From NCBI GenBank assembly GCA_016840165.1, contig JAEOSU010000051.1, positions 64,001 through 128,000 on the forward strand: a DNA stretch of 64,000 nt. Reading direction: 5' to 3'. The notes below the pieces were generated by a model that searched no databases, was not told the origin of the DNA, and saw only the letters and a program-made list of their open reading frames with translations. The translations under genes and the position numbers were made by a program. The number at the start of each line of letters is the position of its first letter. The stretch's first letter is position 1. This document shows positions 40,483-50,916 of this stretch, piece by piece. Origin of the DNA: Promethearchaeota archaeon (GTDB taxonomy: Archaea > Asgardarchaeota > Lokiarchaeia > Sigyniarchaeales > SOKP01).

Positions 40483-42050
40483 TCAATAACCCCCTCTTTT
40501 ATTAGTGATTGTATAGTAAACAAGGCGGCTGTTTCCCCATCCTTTAATGAACTACTATAACCATGTCCTCGTAATCCAAAGCCTCCACAGAATTCTAATC
40601 CTTTAATATGCTTTTCATCATTCATATTTTGAAGCCGTGGTACGACTGAATCCCAGGAGTCTAATTCATAGCCATAAATTACCCCATTATATGTTCCAGT
40701 AAATCTTGAAAACGTTTCTGGTGTAGCAATTTCAATTTCTTCGATATGATCTCGTATTTGAGCACCAGTTGCGTTTTCGAAATTTTTAATTAATCCTTCA
40801 GCAAATTTCGTTTTAAGGTCAAAATATTCCTCGGGCTTAACATTATCCCAAGCTCCTGGACGAAACGCAGATGTGATCGAGATGATGCATGTTCCCGGTG
40901 GTGAACAATTAGGGATTGCTTTATTAAGGCATATTGATGCTTGAACTTTAGGTACTTCTAAATCAATAAGAGAATCATAAAGTTGATCTGTATCCATAGT
41001 ATCACATATAAAATAACTATAATCATTAAGTCCCAATTCATCTGCGGTGGTGTCTAATCCCATATATACCACTATAGTTGTAATACCATGTGTACGAGCA
41101 TTAATCTCCTTAAATGCAATTTCAGGAACTTCTGACTTTGGATGAATTAACTTATTATAAGTTAGTGTCTTGGATGCATTGCATATTAAATGATTTGTAT
41201 TAATCACTTCCCCATTTTGAGTTTCAATTCCCCATACTTGTCCATCTTTTACTAAAATCTTTTCTACTTTCGTATTATATTCAATTTTACCACCATATTC
41301 TCTAATTTTTGCTTCAATTGCAGAGGTATATTCATGAGATCGCATTTTTGGAATATAACCTCCTTTTAAAACATATCCATACACCATCGATGCAAAAACA
41401 GTAGTATTTGCTCTACTTGTGGGAACTCCTAAATACAACCAGTATGCATTTAATAACGCTCTTGCTTTTTTAGGAATATTAAGTGCATCTTGGACGTCAT
41501 CAATAGGATATGCAGCAGTCCTTAAAAAATTCGTATGTTCCCGTAATAGTACGTCCTGGTCAGGGTTGCCTCTCATTCTACCTACATAATTTGTAGCCTC
41601 ATCAATTTCTTTTCCTAATTGGAAAAAATTTTTTATTGATTGTTTGGATCCTGGGACTTGTCTCTCAATAGCCTCAATAAAATCCTCAATACCGAAAGGT
41701 AATACAGCATCAATTTTCTCTTCTGGATTAGTCACTATCAAGCGATAAGCCTCAGGTACGGGTACAAATTCTGTATCTATTTGTAATTTATCTTGAAGAA
41801 GTCTCCGAATCCCTCCATTCTGTTCTGGCGTCCCATAATCATATAATTCGTGCAAAGATGTCTCAAATTCGAATCTTCCTCTCACATAACTCGATGCGAA
41901 GCCACCAGGTAGATTATGTTGTTCAAGTAGAAGAACTTTTGCTCCCTTCATCGCAACACGAGCCGCTGCAACCAAACCCCCATTTCCTGCCCCGATTACG
42001 ATGACATCATAAGTTCTATTATCTTTTCCTTTATTATTTTGTTCATTCAT
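40479..42050 (-). CDS. CrtI/CrtISO/RetSat-like FAD-dependent oxidoreductase, copy 1
   Basis: VIGAGNGG, EQHNLPGG, RGRFEFE, EIEIATPETFSRFTG..NG.IYG, GLEFCGG. Confidence 0.87.
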   Translation of the reverse strand: MNEQNNKGKDNRTYDVIVIGAGNGGLVAAARVAMKGAKVLLLEQHNLPGGFASSYVRGRFEFETSLHELYDYGTPEQNGGIRRLLQDKLQIDTEFVPVPEAYRLIVTNPEEKIDAVLPFGIEDFIEAIERQVPGSKQSIKNFFQLGKEIDEATNYVGRMRGNPDQDVLLREHTNFLRTAAYPIDDVQDALNIPKKARALLNAYWLYLGVPTSRANTTVFASMVYGYVLKGGYIPKMRSHEYTSAIEAKIREYGGKIEYNTKVEKILVKDGQVWGIETQNGEVINTNHLICNASKTLTYNKLIHPKSEVPEIAFKEINARTHGITTIVVYMGLDTTADELGLNDYSYFICDTMDTDQLYDSLIDLEVPKVQASICLNKAIPNCSPPGTCIISITSAFRPGAWDNVKPEEYFDLKTKFAEGLIKNFENATGAQIRDHIEEIEIATPETFSRFTGTYNGVIYGYELDSWDSVVPRLQNMNDEKHIKGLEFCGGFGLRGHGYSSSLKDGETAALFTIQSLIKEGVIE

Positions 42051-42086
42051 TAAATCTAACCTTTTAGAAAGATAAATTAATAGAAA

Positions 42087-42117
42087 TTATTTCAATAAAT
42101 CTTTTTCTTAATTAATA
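42087..42117 (-). promoter_or_regulatory. Putative promoter (BRE/TATA-like plus upstream TATTAATTA) of operon copy 1
   Basis: 25/31 identical to 50917-50947 at an equivalent distance from the paralogous start codon. Confidence 0.55.
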
Positions 42118-42234
42118 CATTATTTTTCTAAGAAGTAGAAAATATTAATAAACTAAAAGATCATAAATCTATAATTAAATAGCAATAATTCAAATTAAAA
42201 AAAAGAATATAGTTAATTTTTAGGTGAAAATAAG

Positions 42235-45201
42235 TTGAAAACATTAACTGTTGATGAAAAGATTGAGGACTTTAAAAGTCAACTAAATTTGCTGGCTATG
42301 ATATTTGATACCCGCAGAAAAATGCGTAGAGAGATCCAAAATGAGAAAACGGGTTTTACTTTTAATGCAAAATATCAATTTAAAACGAAAGATGATAAAG
42401 TTAATCTTTATGTTATTTTTAAAGATGGTAAAATGACAGTTTATGATGGTAAAATTGATGATCCAAACATTACCATCTATTACAAAGATAAAGAAACCTT
42501 GGCAAACCTTTATGATAAGAGTGCTGATGAATCTCTTGATTATCTCTTAACAAATGAAATGGGTTATGATGGTAATATGTCCTATCTTACCAAGTTCTCT
42601 TATCTTACTTCACTTGTCATGGGTGCCAAAATTAAAGATTATAAAGGACCAGAAAATCGATTAATGTACCCCATTGAAGACATTGATAAAGGAGAGAAGA
42701 GTAGGAAGATTAAAAATGAAAGTCTGAATTATAAAGTCGATAATGTTAAGGCATTGGATGATCCTTATTTAGCAAAATACACTTTAGATGACTTTCCTCG
42801 CTTAAAATATTTAAAAAATAGACGATTTGCCTTAAAACCAGCAATTTGCGTCGAAAGGGCAAAGTTAGTAACTGAATATCATCAGGAGAATGGATTTGAA
42901 ACAGATAAATCTGGAAAACCTTTTGATCCAGAACTAAGACAGGCGGGAGCAGTAAATTATATTATGACTCATAAAGAACCAATTATTCATGATCATCATT
43001 TAATTGCAGGATCTACAACTTCAAAAGAAGTGGGTATCCCTATGTATCCCGAATTAATTGCAACTGCAATCTGGCCTGAACTAAAAACAATCTGTGATCG
43101 CGAACTTAATCCTAACGATATTTCTGATAAAGATGCAGATATTTTAAGCTTAGAAGTGTTCCCCTATTGGATGGAGCGAAATGTCAGAGAGCATTGTAGA
43201 AATAAATTCAACAATCCTAAATCACAAAAGTTGGAGGAAGGATGGGTTTTCTATTTTATGATGAAGACCAACGCAATAAGCCATACGGTTCCCGGTTTTC
43301 CAATGGTTCTCAACGAGGGATTATTGAGTGTTAAACAAAAAGCCGCTAATTTGGAGCAGAAAGCTACATCCTCTGAAGAGAAGAATTTTTATAATGCTAT
43401 ACAGATAACCATTGATGGAGTTATTACGTATTCAAATCATTTAAGTGACCATGCTTTAAAGCTTGCTGAAACATTAGACCCTAATGATCCAAAACAAGAG
43501 GTACGCATAGAAGAATTAAAACAAATCTCTAAGATCTGTAAAAAGGTACCAGCCCATCCTGCTGAGACGTTACATGAAGCTATTCAATCAATATGGACAA
43601 GCTTTGTTTGCTTACATTGTGAAAATGCGAATTCTGCACTGTCCATAGGGCGATTAGATCAAATGTTACAGCCATTTTTCCTTAAAGAGATACAAAAAGC
43701 TTCAAATGACAGGGAAAGAGAAGATGTAGTGAAAAAGGCAATCGAACTTGTAGGATCACTATTTGTTAGAATAAATGATCATGATCCATTAATGCCAAAC
43801 GTAGGATGGAAGCTATTTGGCGGTAGTTCTTCGGATGATACTGTAACCGTCGGTGGAGTCGATAAAAACGGTGATAATGCGGTAAATGATATGACTTACA
43901 TTATTTTAAAAACAAATGAGATGTTAGGATTCCAAGATCCCAATATGAATGCCCGATACCATTCAGGGATTAATTCAAAAGAATATCTGCGTCGCTTATG
44001 CGAAGTAAACGTTAATATGGGTGCCTCACCTAGCATCCATAACGATAAAACAATGATCGAAGCATTAATCCATGAGGGATTTTCACTTGAGGATGCTCGA
44101 GGTTGGGCTGCTACAGGTTGTGTAGAGCCTACGATTGTAGGCAAACATTACGGTCACACAAATTGTATGTTATTAAATTTAGTTGCCCCACTCGAAATGG
44201 CATTAAACAATGGTGCTATTCCCTTAACAGGGGATTTAATAGGTCCAGCGACAGGAGACACAAGATCTGCGTTTTCTACCTTTCAAGATTTCTACGATGC
44301 TTACAAAACTCAACTAAAATATTTAGCTGAACAATCCATAGAGATTAATAACTACCTTGGAGAATCACATAAATATGTACATCCTACTCCTTTATTATCA
44401 GCATTTTATGAGGGACCTTTAGAAAAGGGAAAAGATCTAATTCACGGCGGCGCCATTTATAACACTTCTGGGGTTGCTCTTGTAGCCTTAACAGATGTTG
44501 TTGATAGCTTGTTAGTGATCAAGGATCTAGTCTATGAAAAGAAAGAATTTGATTTTGCAACCTTAATGGATGCTATCGAACATAATTTTGAAAATGAATA
44601 TGAATCTATTTTGAAAAAAATAGAAAATGTACCAAAATTCGGCAGCGGTGAGGATGGTACCATTGAACTCGCTCAAGATTTGATTGATTACTGCTATGAA
44701 ATATATAATTCTGCTAAAAATTATAGAGGTGGGAAATATTTAGTGGGTTATTGGTCTATTAGCTATCATACTGGTTTTGGAATGCTTACTGGGGCATTGC
44801 CTTCTGGAAGGAAAAAAGGAAAAGCCTTAACTCCTGGCTTAACACCTGCCCCAGGAACTACTGATATCTTACTTCCGAGTATTCGAAGTGTTGGTAGTTT
44901 AAATCATTTAAAGATGGCCAACAATGCTTCTTATAATGTAAAATTAGTCCCCCATCCTGGTGATTCACATAAAGAAACTCTTGACCTATTTAATAGTTAT
45001 GTTCAAAGCTTTTTCGATCTAGGAGGCATGCAGTGGCAATTTAATGTAATTAAAACAGAAACTCTTAGAAATGCAATGGAGCATCCGATGGATTATCGTT
45101 GGTTACTAGTAAGAGTGTCGGGCTATAATGCTTACTTTACGAAACTCAATAAAAATATGCAATTAGAAATAATTGAACGACATGAGTATCAATCAAAATA
45201 A
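42235..45201 (+). CDS. Glycyl radical enzyme (PFL superfamily, eliminase-like) with N-terminal SCP2-like domain
   Basis: Gly loop LLVRVSGYNAYF; Cys loop ATGCVEP; SIGRLDQ; N-terminal ~130 aa (YQFKT..VIFKDGKMTVYDG..DDPNITI....GNMSYLTKF) resembles SCP2. Confidence 0.9.
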   Translation: MKTLTVDEKIEDFKSQLNLLAMIFDTRRKMRREIQNEKTGFTFNAKYQFKTKDDKVNLYVIFKDGKMTVYDGKIDDPNITIYYKDKETLANLYDKSADESLDYLLTNEMGYDGNMSYLTKFSYLTSLVMGAKIKDYKGPENRLMYPIEDIDKGEKSRKIKNESLNYKVDNVKALDDPYLAKYTLDDFPRLKYLKNRRFALKPAICVERAKLVTEYHQENGFETDKSGKPFDPELRQAGAVNYIMTHKEPIIHDHHLIAGSTTSKEVGIPMYPELIATAIWPELKTICDRELNPNDISDKDADILSLEVFPYWMERNVREHCRNKFNNPKSQKLEEGWVFYFMMKTNAISHTVPGFPMVLNEGLLSVKQKAANLEQKATSSEEKNFYNAIQITIDGVITYSNHLSDHALKLAETLDPNDPKQEVRIEELKQISKICKKVPAHPAETLHEAIQSIWTSFVCLHCENANSALSIGRLDQMLQPFFLKEIQKASNDREREDVVKKAIELVGSLFVRINDHDPLMPNVGWKLFGGSSSDDTVTVGGVDKNGDNAVNDMTYIILKTNEMLGFQDPNMNARYHSGINSKEYLRRLCEVNVNMGASPSIHNDKTMIEALIHEGFSLEDARGWAATGCVEPTIVGKHYGHTNCMLLNLVAPLEMALNNGAIPLTGDLIGPATGDTRSAFSTFQDFYDAYKTQLKYLAEQSIEINNYLGESHKYVHPTPLLSAFYEGPLEKGKDLIHGGAIYNTSGVALVALTDVVDSLLVIKDLVYEKKEFDFATLMDAIEHNFENEYESILKKIENVPKFGSGEDGTIELAQDLIDYCYEIYNSAKNYRGGKYLVGYWSISYHTGFGMLTGALPSGRKKGKALTPGLTPAPGTTDILLPSIRSVGSLNHLKMANNASYNVKLVPHPGDSHKETLDLFNSYVQSFFDLGGMQWQFNVIKTETLRNAMEHPMDYRWLLVRVSGYNAYFTKLNKNMQLEIIERHEYQSK

Positions 45202-45241
45202 ATAATTTTTATTTTTTAATTTTTAAAATTTTAGAATGTAA

Positions 45242-46138
45242 ATGAAAATTAAACCTTTAGTAGTAGATATTAAGAGAAATGCCTTAGATGATGGTCCGGG
45301 GATAAGAACATTAATCTTTTTCAAAGGCTGTCCATTATCTTGTGCTTGGTGTCAAAATCCAGAAGCTAAATCTCCAACAAAAGAGCTATATTTTGATCGC
45401 GATAAATGTATTGAATGCGAGATGTGCTTAACGAGATGTGAACAGAATGCTATAGATTTTGAATATGAATATCGTATTCATCGAAATCTGTGCAATTTAT
45501 GCGGTGCTTGTATTAATATCTGCCCAAACGATGCTTTAAAATTTGTAGGTAAAGAATACAGCATTGATGAATTAGTAAAGATTATATTAAAGGATAAAGT
45601 CTTTTTTGATAATTCTAATGGAGGGGTAACCCTTTCGGGAGGAGAACCGCTTTACCATATTGATTATGTCCATGATTTATTAATTAAATTAAAAAAAAAT
45701 AAGATTCATACCTGTATAGAGACATGTGGACTCTATAATCAGTCAGAATTTAATGAACTTATTTTACCATACATAGATTTAATCTATTTTGATTTGAAGA
45801 TTTTTAATCCAGAATTACATGCTCAATATTGTCAAGTCTCAAATCAAAAAATTCTTGAAAATTTCGAAGATTTAATTAAGAAACATAAAGAACTACTGCC
45901 ACGGATTCCGCTAATTCCTAATATAACCGATACCCCTCAAAATTTAACGGATTTAGCAAAATATTTAAAATCATTAAATATCAAAACTATTGGACTACTC
46001 CCTTATAATCCATTATGGATCTCAAAATCCGAGAAAATTGGAATAAGGCCAATGTATAATTATTCTCGGTGGTTAAACAAAGATGAGAAAGAAAAAATTA
46101 AACTCATTTTTTCTGAATTTGAATTTAAAGATTTTTAA
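45242..46138 (+). CDS. Glycyl-radical enzyme activating protein with ferredoxin insert
   Basis: DGPGIRT..F.KGCPLSCAWCQNPE; two extra CxxCxxCxxxC motifs; GGVTLSGGEP; RIPLIP. Confidence 0.95.
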   Translation: MKIKPLVVDIKRNALDDGPGIRTLIFFKGCPLSCAWCQNPEAKSPTKELYFDRDKCIECEMCLTRCEQNAIDFEYEYRIHRNLCNLCGACINICPNDALKFVGKEYSIDELVKIILKDKVFFDNSNGGVTLSGGEPLYHIDYVHDLLIKLKKNKIHTCIETCGLYNQSEFNELILPYIDLIYFDLKIFNPELHAQYCQVSNQKILENFEDLIKKHKELLPRIPLIPNITDTPQNLTDLAKYLKSLNIKTIGLLPYNPLWISKSEKIGIRPMYNYSRWLNKDEKEKIKLIFSEFEFKDF

Positions 46139-46262
46139 ATCTTTAGGAGATTTTTTTGAAGTTTATACCCTCTTAAAATAAGATATCCTCTCTTTTTTTT
46201 AATATTTATATAGTTTTAAAGTCTAAAAAATATTAATGACAAAATATTAGGAGATAAATTAT

Positions 46263-48050
46263 ATGGGAAAAATCTTAAGAATTGATTTAGGATCTAAGAA
46301 CTTTACCACAGAAGATGTAGATCCTGAATTAGAAGAAAAATATATTGGTGGAGCGGGAGTTGCAGCTGCAATCTTCATCAAGGAAGTTCCTCCAAATATA
46401 GATCCATATGATCCTCAAAACCTCCTTATCTTTTCTGTTGGTCCAATTTGTGGAACTGCAATCCCCTACTGTGGTAGACATTTTGTTATGGCAAAATCTC
46501 CCTTAACTAGAATTCTAGGTGAATCTTCTGCTGGTGGATTTTTTGGAAATGAATTAAGAAGAACGGGGTATGATCATATTATCATTAGCGGAGTGAGTGA
46601 GAGCCCTGTCTACTTATGGATTTATGACGATAATGTTGAAATTCGAGACGCTACAAAGCTATGGGGTAAAGGAACTAGAGAGACAGAGGATCTTCTATGC
46701 GCAGAAATTGATGATGATAAAGCAAAGATTGCATCAATTGGTCCTGCTGGAGAAAATCTTGTGAAATTTTCCTCAATTATGAATGAGAAAGGTCATGCTG
46801 CAGGACGTTGCGGGATGGGTGCTGTAATGGGCAGTAAAAATTTAAAAGCAATAGTTGTGCGTGGTACTAAAGATGTACCCATCGATAATAGAGATAAATT
46901 AATGGATTCAGCCCGAAAAATAAGAACAATTGGAAAAATTTTCCCCCTTGCTGTAGCAACGCAAGAATTAGGTACCCCTGGACATATGGATAATTATGTA
47001 AGTGCAGGAGATGTACCGATCAAGAATTTTACTCTAAGTAGATGGAAAGGAACAAAAAATATTGGATATTATGCACTAAAAGACAACTATGAAATAAAAC
47101 ATTATTCATGTTTTAATTGTGGGACTGCTTGTAGAGGAAATATAAATTTCAATAATGATTGGGTTGAGTGGCCAGAATATGAATTCTTAGCAATGTTGGG
47201 TTCTAACTTACTTGTGGATGATTTAGATGCCTTAGTAAGATGGAATATTATGGTTAATGATTATGGAATGGATTGCATTTCTCTTGGTGGTATTCTCGCT
47301 GTTTTTCTTGAAGCAATAGAGAGAAAGTTAATTGACATAAATTATGAGGAACTTGGTTTCGAAAAGGATCCTGAATCGGATGAATATATCATATGGAGTG
47401 CTATTTCAGCAATTGAGAATTTAATCACATTAACTGCATTTCGAAAGGAGATTGGCGATGATTTAGCTGATGGAGTACGACTCTTTTGTCAAAAATACAG
47501 TTTACCAGATGATCTTAATATTCAGGGAAAAGGTCTTGAGGTTCCTGCTCATGAACCTCGCTCAAATAATATGACTGCTTTAGATCTCGCTACATCTTCT
47601 CGTGGGGCATATCATGGTTTTGAACCTCTTCATTTATCATTTGCCGCCAATTTAAAAAAGGAAATAGGCCTTACAGAGCGAATTGATCCTTATAATACTA
47701 TTGAATCTGTAAGCGCAGTAAAGAAAATCCAAGATGCGTCTGAGGCTTATACTGCAACTGGTGGTTGCATTTTTGGGTTTTGGTATTCATCAGAGATTAC
47801 ACCATGGGTGGATGCTGTAAATGCAATTACTGGAAGATCCTACACAGTTGAAGATTGGGTCCAGATTGGAGAAAACTTATTTAATATGAAACGGAATTAT
47901 AATGAAAAATGCGGAATTACGAAAAAAGATGATTCACTTGGTTCAAGATTCTCTATACCTATTCCAAAAGGAGGAACTAAGAAAAACGTCCCTCCACTTA
48001 AAGAAATGCTTCAGAATTATTATTCTCTTAGAGGATGGAATATGGATTGA
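46263..48050 (+). CDS. aor: Aldehyde:ferredoxin oxidoreductase (tungstopterin AOR family)
   Basis: GKILRIDL, KSPLT, SIGPAGENLV, AAGRCGMGAVMGSKNLKAI, CFNCGTAC, PEYE, DCIS, YYSLRGW. Confidence 0.93.
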   Translation: MGKILRIDLGSKNFTTEDVDPELEEKYIGGAGVAAAIFIKEVPPNIDPYDPQNLLIFSVGPICGTAIPYCGRHFVMAKSPLTRILGESSAGGFFGNELRRTGYDHIIISGVSESPVYLWIYDDNVEIRDATKLWGKGTRETEDLLCAEIDDDKAKIASIGPAGENLVKFSSIMNEKGHAAGRCGMGAVMGSKNLKAIVVRGTKDVPIDNRDKLMDSARKIRTIGKIFPLAVATQELGTPGHMDNYVSAGDVPIKNFTLSRWKGTKNIGYYALKDNYEIKHYSCFNCGTACRGNINFNNDWVEWPEYEFLAMLGSNLLVDDLDALVRWNIMVNDYGMDCISLGGILAVFLEAIERKLIDINYEELGFEKDPESDEYIIWSAISAIENLITLTAFRKEIGDDLADGVRLFCQKYSLPDDLNIQGKGLEVPAHEPRSNNMTALDLATSSRGAYHGFEPLHLSFAANLKKEIGLTERIDPYNTIESVSAVKKIQDASEAYTATGGCIFGFWYSSEITPWVDAVNAITGRSYTVEDWVQIGENLFNMKRNYNEKCGITKKDDSLGSRFSIPIPKGGTKKNVPPLKEMLQNYYSLRGWNMD

Positions 48051-48083
48051 TAAAAGTAAAATAAATTACTTTTTTTTATTTAA

Positions 48084-49313
48084 TTAGCTTCTTGGTATTT
48101 CCATCTCAAGATTGCTTAATGGATATGAGGAACAAGGGTGAAAGTATTTCAATATTTTATCGGCTGTTCTCCTCCCATCATTTTTTGGATTTACAAATAT
48201 CTCACCAGAAATTAATTCCGAACGGCAAAAACCACATTGGCCGGATCGACATACCGAGGGAGGAGCCAATTTGGCTCGTTCCATTGCTACTAATACACTT
48301 TCATGTGCGTTAGCGGGGATATCTTTTGATAAATTTCCTATCCTTACTTTGATTTTAAATGATTTTTCTGCCATTTTCTTTGGATAATTAGGTAAAGAAA
48401 CTATATCCTTCACTTCTCCATACACTTCTTTTCGAATACGATTCGTTGGTAAGTTAAATTTACTCAATTCCTTATCAATAAAATCATACATTACTTGAGG
48501 GCCACAAATAAAGACGGAACTATTACTAAAGTCACAATATTTTTCAATTATACCTGCGGTAATAAATCCCTGTTCACAACCGTCTAAGCTAACCTCCTCA
48601 CAACTTAAAACATGGACAATTTTAATTTTCTCAGGATCTCTACTTTCATATTCCTTAAATTCATCATAAAATAGAATATCATCCTCTTCACTACTACCAT
48701 AAAGTAGAGTTAAACTGATATTTAATTTACCCTCCATAATCTCTTTTGCCATTGATCTAAATGGGGTTATCCCCGAACCGCCCGCTATTCCGATGACTTC
48801 TTTTAAGTCTCGAATGGGATCATAATAAAAATAACCATTAGGTCCAGAACTCTTTATTTTAGTATTTTTCTCCCAATTCTCCCATACATATTCTGTAAGG
48901 AATCCGTGGTCTTCTTTTCGAATCGTAATCTCATAAAAACCTCTTAACGCATCTGAAGGAGATGAAGATATAGAGTATGGACGTGTGATTGGAGTTCCAT
49001 CTACATCAACTTTTAAACTGAGGAACTGCCCCGCTCTGAAATAAGCAACTTTATCCGTACTTGAATCTGGATCGGGAATAAGCCTGTAGGTTTTAGCAGA
49101 TTTAGTTTCTTCTTTTATTTCACTAATCATTAAATTTTGAATTGAAGGATGTAGAAGTTGAGCTAGATTATTTACAGGATCAGATTTTATAAACTCCTCA
49201 GATGCTTTGTCAATATTTTTTCTACGTTGTGAAGTCAAATTTTTAAATGCTAATAAATCTCGAATATTTCCCTTTACTGATACCTTCAATTTCTGCTTTT
49301 GATCTTCTTTCAC
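48084..49313 (-). CDS. FNR-type reductase with C-terminal [2Fe-2S], copy 2
   Basis: FRAGQF, RPYSISSSP, AGGSGITPF, ICGPQ, CRSGQCGFC; paralog of 39250-40482. Confidence 0.9.
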   Translation of the reverse strand: MKEDQKQKLKVSVKGNIRDLLAFKNLTSQRRKNIDKASEEFIKSDPVNNLAQLLHPSIQNLMISEIKEETKSAKTYRLIPDPDSSTDKVAYFRAGQFLSLKVDVDGTPITRPYSISSSPSDALRGFYEITIRKEDHGFLTEYVWENWEKNTKIKSSGPNGYFYYDPIRDLKEVIGIAGGSGITPFRSMAKEIMEGKLNISLTLLYGSSEEDDILFYDEFKEYESRDPEKIKIVHVLSCEEVSLDGCEQGFITAGIIEKYCDFSNSSVFICGPQVMYDFIDKELSKFNLPTNRIRKEVYGEVKDIVSLPNYPKKMAEKSFKIKVRIGNLSKDIPANAHESVLVAMERAKLAPPSVCRSGQCGFCRSELISGEIFVNPKNDGRRTADKILKYFHPCSSYPLSNLEMEIPRS

Positions 49314-50881
49314 TCAGAATCACCTGTTTCATTTAATTCTTGTAAAGTTAAAAAGGCGGCTATTTGACCAGAGAGTAAAGCATTTGTATAACTCTGGCAA
49401 TTTGCAGAAAAGCCTCCACAAAATTCTAGACCTTTAATATATTTTTCATTGTTCATTTCCATTAATCTGGGCATAAAAGAATCCCAAGGGTCTGTTTCAT
49501 ATCCGTATGCCGAACCTCCGAATGTTCCCGTATATCTTGCTAATGTTTGGGGCGTAGCAATTTCAATCTCTTCAATGTGTTCTCTTATAGAGGTTTTCGT
49601 TGCAAATTCAAAGGTATTTATTAAATGTCGAGCGATTTTATTTTTCAAATTAAAATAATCTTCAGAGCTTACATCCTTCCATGCTTCGGGAAGAAAAAAA
49701 GCTGTAATTGTAAGAATACATGTACCTGGTGGAGAGCAATCAGGGTTTACTTTATTTAAGCATATTGTTGCCTGAGCTTTAGGAGGATTTAATGTTTTAA
49801 AGGATTCATAAATTTCTTCAGTATTAGTTGTATCATAAATATGGTAACTATAATTTTCAATTCCTAATTCTTCAGCACTCGCATTCAAACCCAAATATAC
49901 AACAAAACAACTGATTGCATGTCGTCGGGCATTCATGGTTTTTAAAGCTTGTTTCGGTACCTCATTTTTAGGAAATATTAAATTATTATAAACTAATGTA
50001 GGGGATGCATTTGAAATCACGTGGTTTGTCTTAATTTTATCTCCTTGATTAGTTTCTACGCCTATAACTTGCCTATCTTTAACAATTACTTTATTTACTT
50101 TCGTGTTATAAAGGATTTTACCCCCTTTTTCTCTAATCAAGGATTCTAGGGCCGCAGTATATCCGTGGGAGCGATATTTTGGGACATATGCTTTTCGGAT
50201 TAAAAAATAATAATGCATAGCAGCATAAAAAGTAAAGTTAGCCCTGCTCGTTGGAATGCCAATATAGCACCAATAGGCATCTAAAATGTTTTGAGCCTTT
50301 TTAGGAATCTTTAATGCGTCATTTACCTCATCTAAAGTATATGGTGCCGTTTTTAAAAAGTTCTTATAATTTGCAATAAGTATATCTTTTTCTGGATTTC
50401 CTTCCGATTCAGTAATATAGCTAATTGCATTGGTAATTTCTTCTGAAAGTAATATATAATTTCGAATAGATTCCTCACTTCCAGGAACTTCTCTTTCCAT
50501 CATAGTTATATATTCTTCTCTTCCAAATGGAACAAGAACGTCTAATTTTTCATTTGGGTCATTAATAATTAATCGAAATGCTTCAGGAATCTCTACGAAC
50601 TCGATATTTAATCCCAAATCTTCCTCAAAAAGCTTCCTTATGGCTCCTTTATTTGATTTAGGGCCATAATCGCACAACTCATGCAATGTGCCCTCAAACT
50701 CAAATCGTCCTCGAACAAAACTAGTTGCAAATCCTCCAAGTAAATTATGTTGTTCGCAGAGCACAACTTTAGCACCTTCGATTGCCAATTGGGCTGCAGC
50801 AATCAATCCTCCATTTCCTCCCCCTATTACAACCGCATCAAAATCCTCCTTTAAAATCTGATCACTGATTTCTTCCACCAT
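49310..50881 (-). CDS. CrtI/CrtISO/RetSat-like FAD-dependent oxidoreductase, copy 2
   Basis: VIGGGNGG, EQHNLLGG, RGRFEFE, EIEIATPQT; ATG at 50881 preferred over GTG at 50890 (GGGGTG SD-like upstream; promoter spacing matches copy 1). Confidence 0.85.
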   Translation of the reverse strand: MVEEISDQILKEDFDAVVIGGGNGGLIAAAQLAIEGAKVVLCEQHNLLGGFATSFVRGRFEFEGTLHELCDYGPKSNKGAIRKLFEEDLGLNIEFVEIPEAFRLIINDPNEKLDVLVPFGREEYITMMEREVPGSEESIRNYILLSEEITNAISYITESEGNPEKDILIANYKNFLKTAPYTLDEVNDALKIPKKAQNILDAYWCYIGIPTSRANFTFYAAMHYYFLIRKAYVPKYRSHGYTAALESLIREKGGKILYNTKVNKVIVKDRQVIGVETNQGDKIKTNHVISNASPTLVYNNLIFPKNEVPKQALKTMNARRHAISCFVVYLGLNASAEELGIENYSYHIYDTTNTEEIYESFKTLNPPKAQATICLNKVNPDCSPPGTCILTITAFFLPEAWKDVSSEDYFNLKNKIARHLINTFEFATKTSIREHIEEIEIATPQTLARYTGTFGGSAYGYETDPWDSFMPRLMEMNNEKYIKGLEFCGGFSANCQSYTNALLSGQIAAFLTLQELNETGDSE

Positions 50882-50916
50882 ATAAGACACCCCAAACTAT
50901 CCAATAATTTAAAATA

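Noticed and set aside
42235-45201. GRE as pyruvate formate-lyase or alkyl/benzylsuccinate synthase
   Set aside because: Single-Cys GCVEP loop rather than Cys-Cys or CMSP; no small accessory subunit genes; activase has the ferredoxin insert that PFL activase lacks
40479-50881. Carotenoid biosynthesis cluster
   Set aside because: No phytoene synthase, cyclase or prenyltransferase nearby; pairing with a reductase suggests other chemistry
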